A stretch of DNA of 63,035 bases, counting the filler, from Phoronis australis (taxonomy: Eukaryota > Animalia > Phoronida), in NCBI GenBank assembly GCA_002633005.1. It is 6 parts of 6 records of this genome, joined end to end, with 100 filler letters (N's around TTAATTAATTAA, not from the genome) between each part and the next. Parts side by side here need not be neighbours in the genome. Positions count along the whole stretch, not along the records: positions 1 to 14,653 come from NMRA01000343.1; positions 14,754 to 43,428 come from NMRA01000393.1; 4 more parts are not named here. One strand, 5' to 3'. Position 1 is the first letter of the stretch; every line of letters starts with the position of its first letter. Positions 13,507 through 26,105 of this stretch are shown here, piece after piece. A model generated the notes under the pieces. It was not told where the DNA came from, made no database searches, and saw only the letters and a program-made list of their open reading frames with translations. The position numbers and the translations under genes were made by a program.

Positions 13507-14653
13507 GTACCATAGCCTAATAGACTGAGTTATGAGTATGTCCAAAGTCGGTGGCTTAGTATAACGAGTGATGGCAGGGTTCGTGTACAAAAGTTGCCAT
13601 TGACGGACCTGACGCTCATTGCAACTCGAGCTGTCATGCAATTCTTTTTGCCCTAATTCAGTGTACTCTACTGGGACTGTGTTGGGTTACACATCCAACA
13701 GAGTACGCTGTATATATTAGACTTTTGCGTTACCGGTGGCAGTTCGTCCAATACAGCATAGCCCCCTCAAACAGTGGTACGTAAAATTAATATAGGCTAT
13801 ACCTTTGTCCGTGTTATGTGTGGTCCAGCGCAGATGAATGGCGAAACCCTGAGCTGGCGTTCTCCATTGAATGAACTACAACTCGCAGGTCGTGGGTCGA
13901 TGCAAGTCACCCGCTCATAACAAACTTATTTGTTACGTTCGTGGCGAGCAGTGTAGTCAACTGCGTGCTAAATGTAGCGCACGCGATTACAACGAGCCTG
14001 ATTACGCGAAAAATAATTTTCATTGGCTAAGCACGTAGGCCTAGCTCAGTGCACCTCGCCCTCATATTGTGTGAGGATTTACCCTAACAAGGGTAGAATT
14101 CTGTAGATCGCAAGACATTATTAGCTTGCACTCGTAACCGTGGATTCACCGTCTTCGGTGAACAACTCCAATGATGCTTATGAAAAGTGCTCGCTGGTTC
14201 CCTGCGTGCTTAGTCCAGCCAGCACGCAGGTATCACGCAGTGGCACGCGCTTTAGCATTGGTCGATGTAATCTTGGCAGTCATTGGTTAGCTTTACAACA
14301 CCGTGAAAAAAATGGCAGACTGTGAATGATTTTAGCCTTGTCATGCAACTGGCGTCGCAGCAACTATTTCGTTTGTGCAGTGATGTTTAATAGCCGCGTG
14401 CTTGAAGCACATACATGCACAATAAACACATATTACGGTGTGTTATTCATACTGTATAAAGACACTATCGTAAACAAAAGTCATCGACAGTAGAAAGATG
14501 CATTCCGAAAAGGCTCAATCACAATTTCTAGGCTTCACATTTCCTGAACATAATTTTAAGCACCGGTTTGTCTGTACAACAGACCACATTTACACTTCAG
14601 TCCATCAGCCATGCCAGTTTGTTTGCGCAAAGCGCTGCCTGTTGACGAATCGA

Positions 14654-14753
14654 NNNNNNNNNNNNNNNNNNNNNNNNNNNNNNNNNNNNNNNNNNNNTTA
14701 ATTAATTAANNNNNNNNNNNNNNNNNNNNNNNNNNNNNNNNNNNNNNNNNNNN
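14654..14753. other. Artificial contig-joining spacer
   Basis: 44 N + TTAATTAATTAA (14698-14709; stop codons in all six frames) + 44 N. Confidence 0.97.
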
Positions 14754-14846
14754 CGGGTGTCCTCACAGTGGACGGGTGTCCTCACAGTGGACGGGTGTCC
14801 TCACAGTGGACTGGTGTCCTCACAGTGGACGGGTGTCCTCACAGTG
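14754..14846. repeat. 19-bp minisatellite (CGGGTGTCCTCACAGTGGA), about 5 copies, at a contig edge
   Basis: Direct tandem copies are visible. Confidence 0.9.
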
Positions 14847-15220
14847 GGTGGGTTTTCTCAGGCTGGGAGTGTGTCCTCATGGTGGGTAGGTGACGTAAGC
14901 TGTCGGAGTACTTGGTTCATTGACTTTGCTGGCCAATGAAATTTAACCATTACCTCGTGCAACATCATATTTACTTTTTAGACGTGGTTGCATTATGAAC
15001 GGTTAACTCAGTAAATACGCCCTTTTGTCCAATTAAAAAGAGTGAAAATAAGGCAGTTGAATGAACCAGTCCAACACATATTTACCTGAGCATGTGGGTG
15101 GCTCTGGAGATAGCTAACTTTCACTTGAAACAACGGGCTAAGCTTGTATCTCTTCATGTGTGTCCATCCTTACTTAAAATGACCACTGTTTGATCATGCT
15201 TTCTTGATTTGCCATTTTAG

Positions 15221-15607
15221 ATGAAGCATGTTCTGAAGATCAAGTCTCGTGACGTCAAGGACACAATCATTGACATGTGCTACAGTTTGATTGACAACGG
15301 TTTGGTTAAGAGAAGCAAAAAGTACCGTGGTGGGGCCAAGCCCGAGGGAGAGGCTGGCGACAAAGCTGAGGAACCTGAGGCTGAACAGGCCGAGGGGGAG
15401 GCAGCTGAGGGAGAGAAACCTACAGATAACGGGGAGGTGGTGAAGACTGAAGGGGAGGAGCAAGCAGTGGAGAAAGAGGCAGAGAAAGAGGCGGAGCCAG
15501 CGACGGCAGAGAAGACTGAGGAGACACCTGCGGCCCCAGCTGCAGAAAGCACCGAGGCTAAAGAGGAAGAGGAAAAATGTGAACCATCTGAAGAGAAGAA
15601 GGAATGA
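15221..15607 (+). CDS. Terminal exon of an extended SDR / NAD-dependent epimerase (dihydroflavonol or cinnamoyl-CoA reductase-like) with a Glu/Ala-rich tail
   Basis: Acceptor ttttag| then MKHVLKIKSRDVKDTIIDMCYSLIDNGLV, which resembles the family's C-terminal helix (R.v.eTi.Dm..SLi..G). About 90 aa of acidic low-complexity sequence and TGA follow. A long AT-rich 3' region has AATAAA at 17884. Confidence 0.7.
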   Translation: MKHVLKIKSRDVKDTIIDMCYSLIDNGLVKRSKKYRGGAKPEGEAGDKAEEPEAEQAEGEAAEGEKPTDNGEVVKTEGEEQAVEKEAEKEAEPATAEKTEETPAAPAAESTEAKEEEEKCEPSEEKKE

Positions 15608-18600
15608 TGAATTGCAGGTGATGACAAGTTGGTGGTGAGCTAAGACTAGTAAAAATGTTCTATTTTCCAGCCAAGAGATGGAGTGTGAAATGCAACTAGA
15701 GATGACTACCACACCGCCACATGTTTTGTGGTCGTTGTAGGACTCTGAGTGTATAACTTGTCCATTTATCTTCTACTAGTTCTGAATGGCGACCAACTCT
15801 ATGTATTATTTGTGGTCGATATGTTTCTATAATATAGATGTTAATCCAGTTGTCTATTTATGTATAAAGATGTGCTTTCAAGAATCCATGACATGTGGTC
15901 AGTCAAGATAGGTTCAAATGAGGAACAGAACAGTAGTTTTTATGTTGTAGTTTGTCAGTCTAAGAAACTGCATAATTCATGCTAGATCTGAACTGCCCCC
16001 TATTGGCTCAACGTTGATGTGGCATTGGTAAAACAGGAAATGCAGATTTGTGTCATAATCCTGAAAATTGTATGTGAATGTAAATCACTTTGTTCTTGTC
16101 CGTGTATTGAATGTGACGTTCGTCTGGAAAGATTTTGTGTTTTTTCTGATATTTTTACACAGTCGTTATGCACTGTTTCATTCGTTTTCAGTTCATAACA
16201 AAAAATGAAGTAAAAATTTGAAAGCAAAGAAAATTAACAAAATGCATGCATGTGGAAGAGTAAAAGATAGGAGGTAGTGTTTGTTTCGTTACCGAGGGTT
16301 ACCCAGATGGATGCTCTCCACACACGAGTGCTTTGCAATAATTGTATTGTTGTTAATTTCAAATCTTGAAACTGGAACCTGACTGCTATCTTTCAATCAT
16401 TCTTACTTGTTTCTGTTTCTGGTTGTGTTCTAACAAAACTTTAGTATGATATTCAAGACATCCTTAAAACCAGTCTGTCTGAGTAGACATCCAGTGTGAA
16501 GAGATTAAGGTTTAGTGAAAGCAATCTATGGTGCGGAAAGGTGCAATTTGAAAAGAATAATTTTGGGATTCAAGAAAGTGAATTAGCTGTTCACAAAGTG
16601 CTGGGTTAGATTTTAAGTTAAATCAAAATCTTCAATTATTTTTACATTCATTATAATTGTATTATTTTTATTGTATTGTATTGTATTGTATTGCATTGTT
16701 ATCATTCTATAGTTATAAATGTATAGTTATTTACAGCATTCTCAATAGTTTTTTTCCTATTAGAAAAGTTAGACTCGTAGACACAGTGTCTGTATGCTAT
16801 TGATTTCACTAGGGAATGCAACTCAGTGTTTTCTCAGCAGTCGCAATGCAATGACGTGAAACACACTCACAAATATTAATCACCAAGACATTTAAGTGGG
16901 TCAAGATGGGATCATGTTTTGTTCTGTCTAAAATCAACTTTCAATTCGGTCAATTCACAGTTATAAAATGGTTGTCATCTTGTCCTTGCTCTTATTACAA
17001 GGATTTCTTGGTTTGAGAAGAACTGGTTGTTATTGCTTCAGAGAGGCCTGTTAAGACTCTTGTTTAGGGGGCTTAAATTCAATCTACAAGACTGTATGGT
17101 TATCAGGGGAATTACAGGCGGTTATTGTAACCATTTTCAATTGAAGTAAAGGATAAGAATGCAATGATGTTGGTTAGAAAGAGCAAATACCTATGTGAAG
17201 ACTATAAAGCTGTTTTAAAGTGACTTTACTTGACAGCCATTTGTTTATCATGTTCTGCTATAAAAAGCCGCAAGCTGTCTTGAATGAAAAATATGGAATG
17301 CCTTGAATTTGAAGTCTCTTGTATCAGTAAAATCTTTTATTTGTCTTAGCTAGTCTTGTTCTGATGTTTCATTTTTTTGTATCTGATGGAAAACATCATT
17401 AATTGTGGTCCTTCTGTCTGGCATCTGGAAAGTCAATGAAATCTTCGCAGGAAAGTATTTTTGTTACTAACTAAACTGGCATATGAAGGAATACTGTATC
17501 TATTTACGAGTGATTAGGGGCAGGAAAGGAAGATGGTAGTGGGATATTAGCGTGTAATTGAAGTTAAAGTGAGAGTAGTCCTATTGTGTTTAGTTTAAAG
17601 CATGATGGAAACATGTTGAAATGTGTTAGAATAGTTCATAGTGGGACAAGCTTTGTACAGTTTGTTGTGGTAGTGCTACTTAATCACTGTAAGTGAAATC
17701 GTGCCACTACAGATATAGGTGACGATTGTAACCAGTAAGTACCCCCACCTAGTGCTGAAGGATTGGGGTAGTTTTATGAGGGGCACATTCGTTGCAGTAT
17801 TGGCTTGTGGCGTTTGAATACATATATACATACTATACTTGTATTTTCTGTAATTTTTTGTTCAGAGTTAGCATGTTCTCCTTAATAAATACGAAAACAC
17901 ATCGCTGTTGGCAGTATTACTGACACAGATCAGTTTTGAACAGTGACGCAGCCGATATTGGTGATGGGCATGATACCTGGGGAAACAACTTCAATTACCA
18001 CAAAAAGCTTTGGGTGGCAGATTTACTTGACCAATTTCTTGTCGATGAAGAGTTGTCTTGCGAAAAACAGTAACAGATCATTTACTGTGCAGTCGGTTAG
18101 GCTTCTTAGTTTTATTTTAAGGTTGAAATTCTAGTCATACCACAGTTACCGTGTGCAGATGTATGCCGGAATACGGCGTCCTCGAGTTAATTTTGTACTT
18201 CGTGTGTTTGCGATTGTTTAGACTCACTGTTTGACATACAGAAACAAGAATGGCGCTTTACTTCAAAAATCTTTGCATTGAATTTTTTTGGACCTGACGA
18301 TCAAGCTGCCCCTGAGTGAAGGCTCCACAGTTCACTTGCGCCGGCCATGTAGCCGTGCAAGACGACCCAAATAAACCAGTGAATTGATTTGTTCACTCTT
18401 AAAGAAGATGGTGGTCGAAACTGTGGAATCGGAGTTGTCACAGTATCAGACGCTAAGTAGGCCGTTCCACAATTTCCAAATCAGACGTCAGCTGACTAGC
18501 ATTCACGCGTGATTTTTTCCAACAGTACTGAAGAGACGTCTGATCAGAAAGAAGATCTGTTCTCACACGCGGTCTGGTCTGTCGTTGTTAACGCAATAGA

Positions 18601-19529
18601 CATCGCTGGTTACCGCCACCGGTTTGACGTGCAAAAATAGCCTGGAAAATTTCTGAAGCTTCACCATCAACACGCCTATAAGTTGGCGTGTCTGGGTGTG
18701 ATAAGCAGAGCGACCAAAACCGCAGCTGTGTTCAAATCTAGTTACGGGCTGTAACTGTCGCTTACCGACTTATTATGGTGAAAAGGTAAACCAAGGTGGT
18801 CAAATTTAATTTCTAAGATAAGTAAATGATTAGATTTATCTGATTATTCATCTTCCAAGTAATGTCGGGTGATTTTCTTGTCTTATAAGTTTTCCATTTT
18901 GATTTAATCCAACACCTACTTTAATTTCGGAAACATCCGAAAGCGCGCCCTGAGCGACTTTTTTCTGAGAGAACGGTAACGGAAATAAGGGCGTTTTTAC
19001 GGAATGCAGCGAGTCATAACTGCACGCCAAATGCAAGATCTGAAATCACTCCAGCAACATATAAAAACAGCAATTGGCAAGAACGCAGTCGGGGACCAAT
19101 TCACGACTCAGATCCATGCATGGGGTCCAAAGGAGTGGTAGTGTTTACCTGGTGATGTGCATTTTTTGTTAAAATGGTACCGGAAGAGCTGTATTTAACA
19201 ACTGGCGTGCGTTCAGTAGACGCTAGGACCTAGCTAAAATGTAGTCAAAGTCACGTGTTCTCATTTCAAATGCACGGCAATATCTCACGTAATCTCGCAA
19301 AGTCTTGCTTTTTAGCAAGGTCCTAGCGTTACTGAACGGGAGGCAGATGTAGCTGTCAGTTTTGAATTCCCGGATGTGCAGTTGTACATTACAACTGAGT
19401 GAGGACGTCATGGTTTTGGATGTTGAAACTTAAAACAACACAAAATAGACTGATGACAAAAACGTTTTATTTGGATTAGTACACACTATTCATGCGTTAT
19501 CATATTGGTATGCAGCCGGTGGTACGGTA

Positions 19530-19723
19530 TTATATGGAGCAGGGAGTAGTTGCGATGTGATCACAATTGCAATTCTCCCCCGATGTATTGAAGCGGGTGC
19601 CTTTTGGACACTCGTGACGGTAGGTTGGGCCGTGAGTGCCCCTCTGTGTGAAGAACTTGCAGCTCATATTCGGTACAACGCAGTACGTATTTCCGGCTGT
19701 GCTACAGCAGTCTTGCGCCTCGA
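19530..19723 (-). CDS. FAMeT-CBM14 gene copy 1, terminal exon (peritrophin-A/CBM14-like chitin-binding domain)
   Basis: atttcag|TC GAG… gives (L)EAQDCCSTAGNTYCVVPNMSCKFFTQRGTHGPTYRHECPKGTRFNTSGENCNCDHIATTPCSI*. Contains the CPxGxxFN…CD signature. Phase 1 matches exon 3, and the four exons total 708 nt (235 aa). Confidence 0.82.
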
Positions 19724-20169
19724 CTGAAATGATGAAATGTTTGAAATAGAACAACACTCCATAGATTTTCGAAAATACTTAAAAGTTTGATTCAAGTTCG
19801 AGTAGTACTCCTCACAAATGACGCTAAATCGGCAAGCGTGAATAGCGTGTCTGGCGACCTAATGTACGACTGTGAGGAGATGCTGTGCATCTCGAACCAC
19901 TCGGTCCATTTTGTGACACTACAAAGACGGACAGACAGGCAGGCAGACAGACACATAGTTTATTTAGCCATTCATAATAAAATAATCATGCATCTACACA
20001 AGTCGTTCCTAGTTCCTAAGCGCATCTTAAAGTGACAAGAGTGGGACTTGCGGTACTAAGTCCAACGGAGACCAGTAGGAAGGCAAAAATTATTGGGGGG
20101 AGCACAAACCATTTCGACGTCGCCAAATAACCCCCTCCCCCCATCGCCACCACCTCCGCTACCCCCCCN

Positions 20170-21714
20170 TGGAGTCTGTGAGGGGTACTGGGGTATTGGA
20201 GTCTGTGAGGGGTACTGGGGTATTGGAGTCTGTGAGGGGTACTGGGGTATTGGAGTCTGTGAGGGGTACTGGGGTATTGGAGTCTGTGAGGGGTACTGGG
20301 GTATTGGAGTCTGTGAGGGGTACTGGGGTATTGGAGTCTGTGAGGGGTACTGGGGTATTGGAGTCTGTGAGGGGTACTGGGGTATTGGAGTCTGTGAGGG
20401 GTACTGGGGTATTGGAGTCTGTGAGGGGTACTGGGGTATTGGAGTCTGTGAGGGGTACTGGGGTATTGGAGTCTGTGAGGGGTACTGGGGTATTGGAGTC
20501 TGTGAGGGGTACTGGGGTATTGGAGTCTGTGAGGGGTACTGGGGTATTGGAGTCTGTGAGGGGTACTGGGGTATTGGAGTCTGTGAGGGGTACTGGGGTA
20601 TTGGAGTCTGTGAGGGGTACTGGGGTATTGGAGTCTGTGAGGGGTACTGGGGTATTGGAGTCTGTGAGGGGTACTGGGGTATTGGAGTCTGTGAGGGGTA
20701 CTGGGGTATTGGAGTCTGTGAGGGGTACTGGGGTATTGGAGTCTGTGAGGGGTACTGGGGTATTGGAGTCTGTGAGGGGTACTGGGGTATTGGAGTCTGT
20801 GAGGGGTACTGGGGTATTGGAGTCTGTGAGGGGTACTGGGGTATTGGAGTCTGTGAGGGGTACTGGGGTATTGGAGTCTGTGAGGGGTACTGGGGTATTG
20901 GAGTCTGTGAGGGGTACTGGGGTATTGGAGTCTGTGAGGGGTACTGGGGTATTGGAGTCTGTGAGGGGTACTGGGGTATTGGAGTCTGTGAGGGGTACTG
21001 GGGTATTGGAGTCTGTGAGGGGTACTGGGGTATTGGAGTCTGTGAGGGGTACTGGGGTATTGGAGTCTGTGAGGGGTACTGGGGTATTGGAGTCTGTGAG
21101 GGGTACTGGGGTATTGGAGTCTGTGAGGGGTACTGGGGTATTGGAGTCTGTGAGGGGTACTGGGGTATTGGAGTCTGTGAGGGGTACTGGGGTATTGGAG
21201 TCTGTGAGGGGTACTGGGGTATTGGAGTCTGTGAGGGGTACTGGGGTATTGGAGTCTGTGAGGGGTACTGGGGTATTGGAGTCTGTGAGGGGTACTGGGG
21301 TATTGGAGTCTGTGAGGGGTACTGGGGTATTGGAGTCTGTGAGGGGTACTGGGGTATTGGAGTCTGTGAGGGGTACTGGGGTATTGGAGTCTGTGAGGGG
21401 TACTGGGGTATTGGAGTCTGTGAGGGGTACTGGGGTATTGGAGTCTGTGAGGGGTACTGGGGTATTGGAGTCTGTGAGGGGTACTGGGGTATTGGAGTCT
21501 GTGAGGGGTACTGGGGTATTGGAGTCTGTGAGGGGTACTGGGGTATTGGAGTCTGTGAGGGGTACTGGGGTATTGGAGTCTGTGAGGGGTACTGGGGTAT
21601 TGGAGTCTGTGAGGGGTACTGGGGTATTGGAGTCTGTGAGGGGTACTGGGGTATTGGAGTCTGTGAGGGGTACTGGGGTATTGGAGTCTGTGAGGGGTAC
21701 TGGGGTATTGGAGT
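20170..21714. repeat. Perfect 27-bp tandem array (GGGGTACTGGGGTATTGGAGTCTGTGA), about 57 copies
   Basis: No variant units seen. The minus strand reads (LQYPSTPHR)n in frame with the upstream GIY-YIG ORF. A single N at 20169 bounds the left side. Confidence 0.97.
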
Positions 21715-23600
21715 TTTTCTATTATTTGTACAGAAAGATCTTGATGATTACCCATAGAATCAGAAATGTTTTTACGTATTATGTTAAATCTATGATTACG
21801 AAACCGAGTTTGGAGATTATGTTGAGTTTGTCTTACGTATTGGATAGAACATTTCTTACATGTTATAATGTAAATGATATTGTTGGTGGTGCAATCAGAA
21901 TAATGTTTTATTTCAAAGTTTTCATTGGTTTGGGAATACTGAAAGAAAGTACTATCGTTGATAAAGTTACAAATTTTACATCTAGTTTTGTTACATTGTG
22001 TGTTGCCAATAGGTTTGTCAGTTTGGTATATATTGTCGATATTAGCTTTAACTAAATAATTTTTTAGATTTTTACATTTTCTCCAAGAAATTATAGGTGG
22101 ATGAGGAAATAGGGTTTTAACTTGAGGGGAAATATGCAGCGTGGGAAGATGTTTTCTGAAGACGTGGCTAATTCCGTTTAAACATGGATTGAACATAATT
22201 ATGAAAGGTATTCTATTAGTAGTATTGTCTTTTGTTTTAGTTCTTAAAGATTCGTTTCTTGTGATTGAGCGGACTTTCTCAAACTGTTTGTGTATAAGAT
22301 GTAAGGGGAAATGACGTTGAATTAGATAGTACTTGAGTTCTTTTAAACGGTTATTAAAGGAAGTTTTTTTGAACAAATGCGTCGGATTCTTAGGGCAAGG
22401 CTATATGGAGGGCTTTTCATGCAATGAAAGGGATGACAGGAGTGATATGACAGATATTGGTGTTTGTCAGTTTCTTTACAGAATAAGTCAGTTTCTAGTT
22501 TATCATTAGTAAGGGTGACAGTTACATCTAAAATGGGACTTTATTTTGAGAAATGTCATGAGTGAACTTTATAGTAGGGTGAAATTTGTTAATATTTTCT
22601 GAGAATACATGTAGTTTTTGTGGGCCATGGGTACAGATCATAAAAATGTCATCAATGTACCTTAGCCAGAGAAGAGGTTTTTCAGAGCAGGATTTGATGA
22701 AGTTGTTTTCAAGATTTCCCATAAAAAGGTTAGCAAAAGTAGGAGCAACCCTAGTGCCCATAGCTGTGCCTAATATTTGGAGATAGTGATAATTATCAAA
22801 GGTAAAATGATTCATGGCAAGTACATGTTCAAGAAGAGAGCGAATGAAAGATGTAGACATATTAGGATTATTACGTTGACTAAGAAACTTGGTACAGGCT
22901 TCTATGCCTTCATGTTGAGAATATTAGTGTATAAGCTTTTAACATCAAGAGTTACGATCGAGAAGGGCATTTTTAGGTAAATCACTGATGTTTTTATTTA
23001 GATTAAGAAAATGATTCGTATCTTTAACATATGAAGGAAGGGTGGGGACAAATTGCTGAAGATGGTACTCGGCAAACTGAGAATTTTTTTCAGTAGGGCA
23101 GTTGTTGCTGCCTATAATTGGGTGTCCAGGATTACCTTCTTTGTGGATTTTAGGAAGGAGATAAAAGCAACTAGGTTGAGCATCATTAGGAATGAGGTAG
23201 TTTTAGGTGTCTTTGTCAATGTGACCTAAATGGAAACCATTTAAAATAGTTTTAGTTATAAGGCTGATATGTTTTGTGTTGGGGTTATTATCTAAAAGTT
23301 TGTAGTATGCTGTGTCATTAAGTTGTCGGAGAGCCTCGTCAATATATTTCTGCTCGTCCATTAAAACAACTGCTGATACTTTATCAGCTGGTTTAATTAT
23401 GATTTTTTGTTTTTAACGAGATTTGTGAGGGCATCTTTTTCGGACTTAGTAATAATATATTTGTAGTTATGCTTTTTGTAATTCATAACGTCATTAGTAA
23501 TAGCTTCAATGTAACTTTCGAGGGCATGGTTTTGACTTTTAGGTGGATTCCAATTACTTTTTTTTCTTGAAAGGATTAATTTCTATTAAGGTGTCTGTTC
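21715..23600 (-). mobile_element. Degenerate Penelope-like retroelement (RT + GIY-YIG endonuclease), inside intron 3 of FAMeT-CBM14 copy 1
   Basis: RT motifs YLQILGTAMGTRVAPTFANLFMG and LWLRYIDDIF (22528-22860). C-terminal region has CNKTRCKIC and GIY-YIG NIIYIITCKKCSIQYVRQT…RFRNH. Broken by stops and frameshifts. Confidence 0.92.
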
Positions 23601-24908
23601 AGAGGTACCTATAACGGTTCACGATGTAAACTTGAACACCAATGACAAAAAAACGTTGAATTTTTTGTTTATGATTGCGAGAGTTCTTTGAGTACCCCTT
23701 TCGACATGTACACGATCATTACAAATAGTAGCCTAGACAGCAGTATTTTCTACAAGTGCGAATTCTTTATAAACAACTCATGGTAACCATCTTCAAAAGA
23801 GTTACTATTCTTGTGATACTACGGGAAACAGTAACATTATTTTACTACTAGCCATCGGAAATAGCTCTTTTGTGAAATTCACAAGTAGTGGTTTTCACCT
23901 TCTTCAAAATTCCACCCTTTCGATGGTAGCAATCCTATTGTATTTTTTCAAAGTTTGGGTTGTTTGGGTCGAATGGCTGGACTGTGCAAGAATTTTTGTT
24001 TTCTTTGATGAATTTGGAATCTCAGCTTCCCTCGTATCGGATTTACATACAGGGGTTAGTGCGTTATTCTATATTATGGCTATGGCCATGGATTTAGAAT
24101 GTCTATATATGTAGCACGCTATTCTATATTTACGGTCATGACCACTGATATAGAATGTCTACCTATGTACCGATGTTCTATATTGATGGTCATGACCATT
24201 GATTTAGAGTGCCTATATGTTTAGTGCACTATAATTATGGTCATGACCACCGATTTAGATTGTCTATATTTATGTAGCGAGCTACAATTAGTAAAACCAA
24301 AAATAGGAAATAGAGCCTGCACTTCGTCTAACACGTGGGTGAGACGAACTCTTTATAGAATAGTTTTTCTATTTGGATTTGATATGTCTTACACCTTGAA
24401 GTTGTAATGCACTAAGGCCAGTCAATGAATGTATACTGTTTTTATTGAAATACCTTTAGGCAATCATTAGCTTTAGCAGAATTATTAAAGTTTGACTTGT
24501 GGCAATATTGCAAAGCGTTTTAAAACGCATGTTCATATTGACGTCATTCAGCGTTTAATTCCAAAATTCAATGCGACAACGCCACGGATATTTGTCAGGT
24601 GTGATATATGTAACCTCCCTCTTGTTGCAACAACTAATGTTTAGTGCTGATCATCACGAATTGTTGTGTGGCCTCTCCCTCACCCCTCCTCCCCTCCCGA
24701 GAGTGTTCCGCACGAGACAAATCTCCCTCTATCCTAGCTACATGTTCGCCCCTCAGGATGTACACGGAAGTCCTTGCCCTGACTGTTGCATACTTCTGTA
24801 TGCATCATACATTGCTCCTTGCTAGTTCAAAGACTTAGTTTTGCCCCTCATATTTACCGTCAATGTTAATGAACTAGTACGTAACAAAATAGATCCTGTG
24901 TACTCATA

Positions 24909-25643
24909 GGCGGATTTAGGGGGCCCAGCCCCCCCCCCCNNNNNNNNNNNNNNNNNNNNNNNNNNNNNNNNNNNNNNNNNNNNNNNNNNNNNNNNNNNNN
25001 NNNNNNNNNNNNNNNNNNNNNNNNNNNNNNNNNNNNNNNNNNNNNNNNNNNNNNNNNNNNNNNNNNNNNNNNNNCTCAGATCCAATTTCAAGTGTCAAAT
25101 TCGCAACACGGCGCAATCGTAACGGAACTATGGCTAAGTATAGACTCTCCCGCGATATCCCAGGCGACCGGCAATGGCGCTGCGCACTACGACTCCGTTT
25201 CCGTCGTCTGCTCCACTGTGTACTTCATTTTTTAAAGAAAATGGAACCTGAGTGACGATGAAAAACAGAAGCTGCTGGTAAGATGTGAATTTTAATCGAA
25301 GCCTTAGTGAATCAATCAGAAACTCATAATTCTCTCTTTTTCAATCCTTATTTTAAGACGATTTCCAAAGCAATCCCGTCATTATTGCCAACATGAAAAA
25401 CGGATTTGGTCTTTTGGGCATTTGAAGACTATTTTAAATACAACAAATTTGTTACGAACCGATTGCACAAAATATATAATGAGTAATAAGCATTACAAAA
25501 ACAAGTAGGTTTCACGCGCAAACGCTATGGACCCCCCTCCCGACCTCCCCCCATTCGGTTCTATGCGCATCTACAATCGTGGTTTGCGCAAATGCTTAGA
25601 GCCAAAATGTTAGGCCCCCTTGTGATATCCTAGATCCGCCACT
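24909..25643. mobile_element. hAT-like MITE, same family as 1-105
   Basis: GGCGGATTTAGGGGG left end and GATCCGCCACT right end. The last ~100 bp match 1-105. Confidence 0.6.
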
Positions 25644-26003
25644 CGAACTGTTCGTCTTATTCACTGTCTTAATCATATTTTTCTAAACTTAGAATAACTA
25701 ATGCTTGATTAAAAATCTTGCACCTCCATTTCGGTTGATATGAATTCTGATGAGACTGATCATAGCTCACATTTATCAGTCTGATCATCGTTTACAGCAT
25801 TATTCTTGGGATCGTTTTTGGTCAGTGACAAGAATTCGTATAAATTACTAGAGCTGATGAAAAAAATTAGATCTTATATTACACCATTCGCTAATATTAA
25901 TTCTTATCAACATCTTATAACATGTCATGCCATTCTTAGAAATAGTCGAAATTAATCTATTTTAAAGAATCATTTGTAATGAATTTTATTAACCATAACT
26001 GGC

Positions 26004-26105
26004 TGTGTACACCTGCCGTGCACGCGCAGACATAGTCCCTGTGTACACCTGTCGTGCACGCGCAGATATAGTGCCTGTGTACACTTGTCCTGCAGGCGCA
26101 GATAT
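26004..26105. repeat. ~36-bp tandem repeat, 3 diverged copies
   Basis: GTGTACACCTG(C/T)CGTGCACGCGCAGA(C/T)ATAG units. Confidence 0.75.

Noticed and set aside
13366-15607. Rossmann-fold first exon and SDR last exon as one gene
   Set aside because: An artificial spacer separates them and they resemble different subfamilies.
15194-15712. Antisense Leu/Phe- and Ser-rich ORFs
   Set aside because: Shadows of the Glu/Ala-rich sense exon.
20016-20120. Hydrophobic stretch WFVLPPIIFAFLLVSVGLSTA as a signal or transmembrane exon for the chitin-binding domain
   Set aside because: It lies across an N in MITE-like G/C-run sequence with no suitable donor. The phase-compatible signal exon is at 30127-30187.
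20016-22376. 786-, 625- and 554-aa repeat ORFs read as real repetitive proteins
   Set aside because: They are open only because a 27-bp unit lacks stops in three frames. Only the non-repeat part (Penelope-like C-terminus) has coding ancestry.
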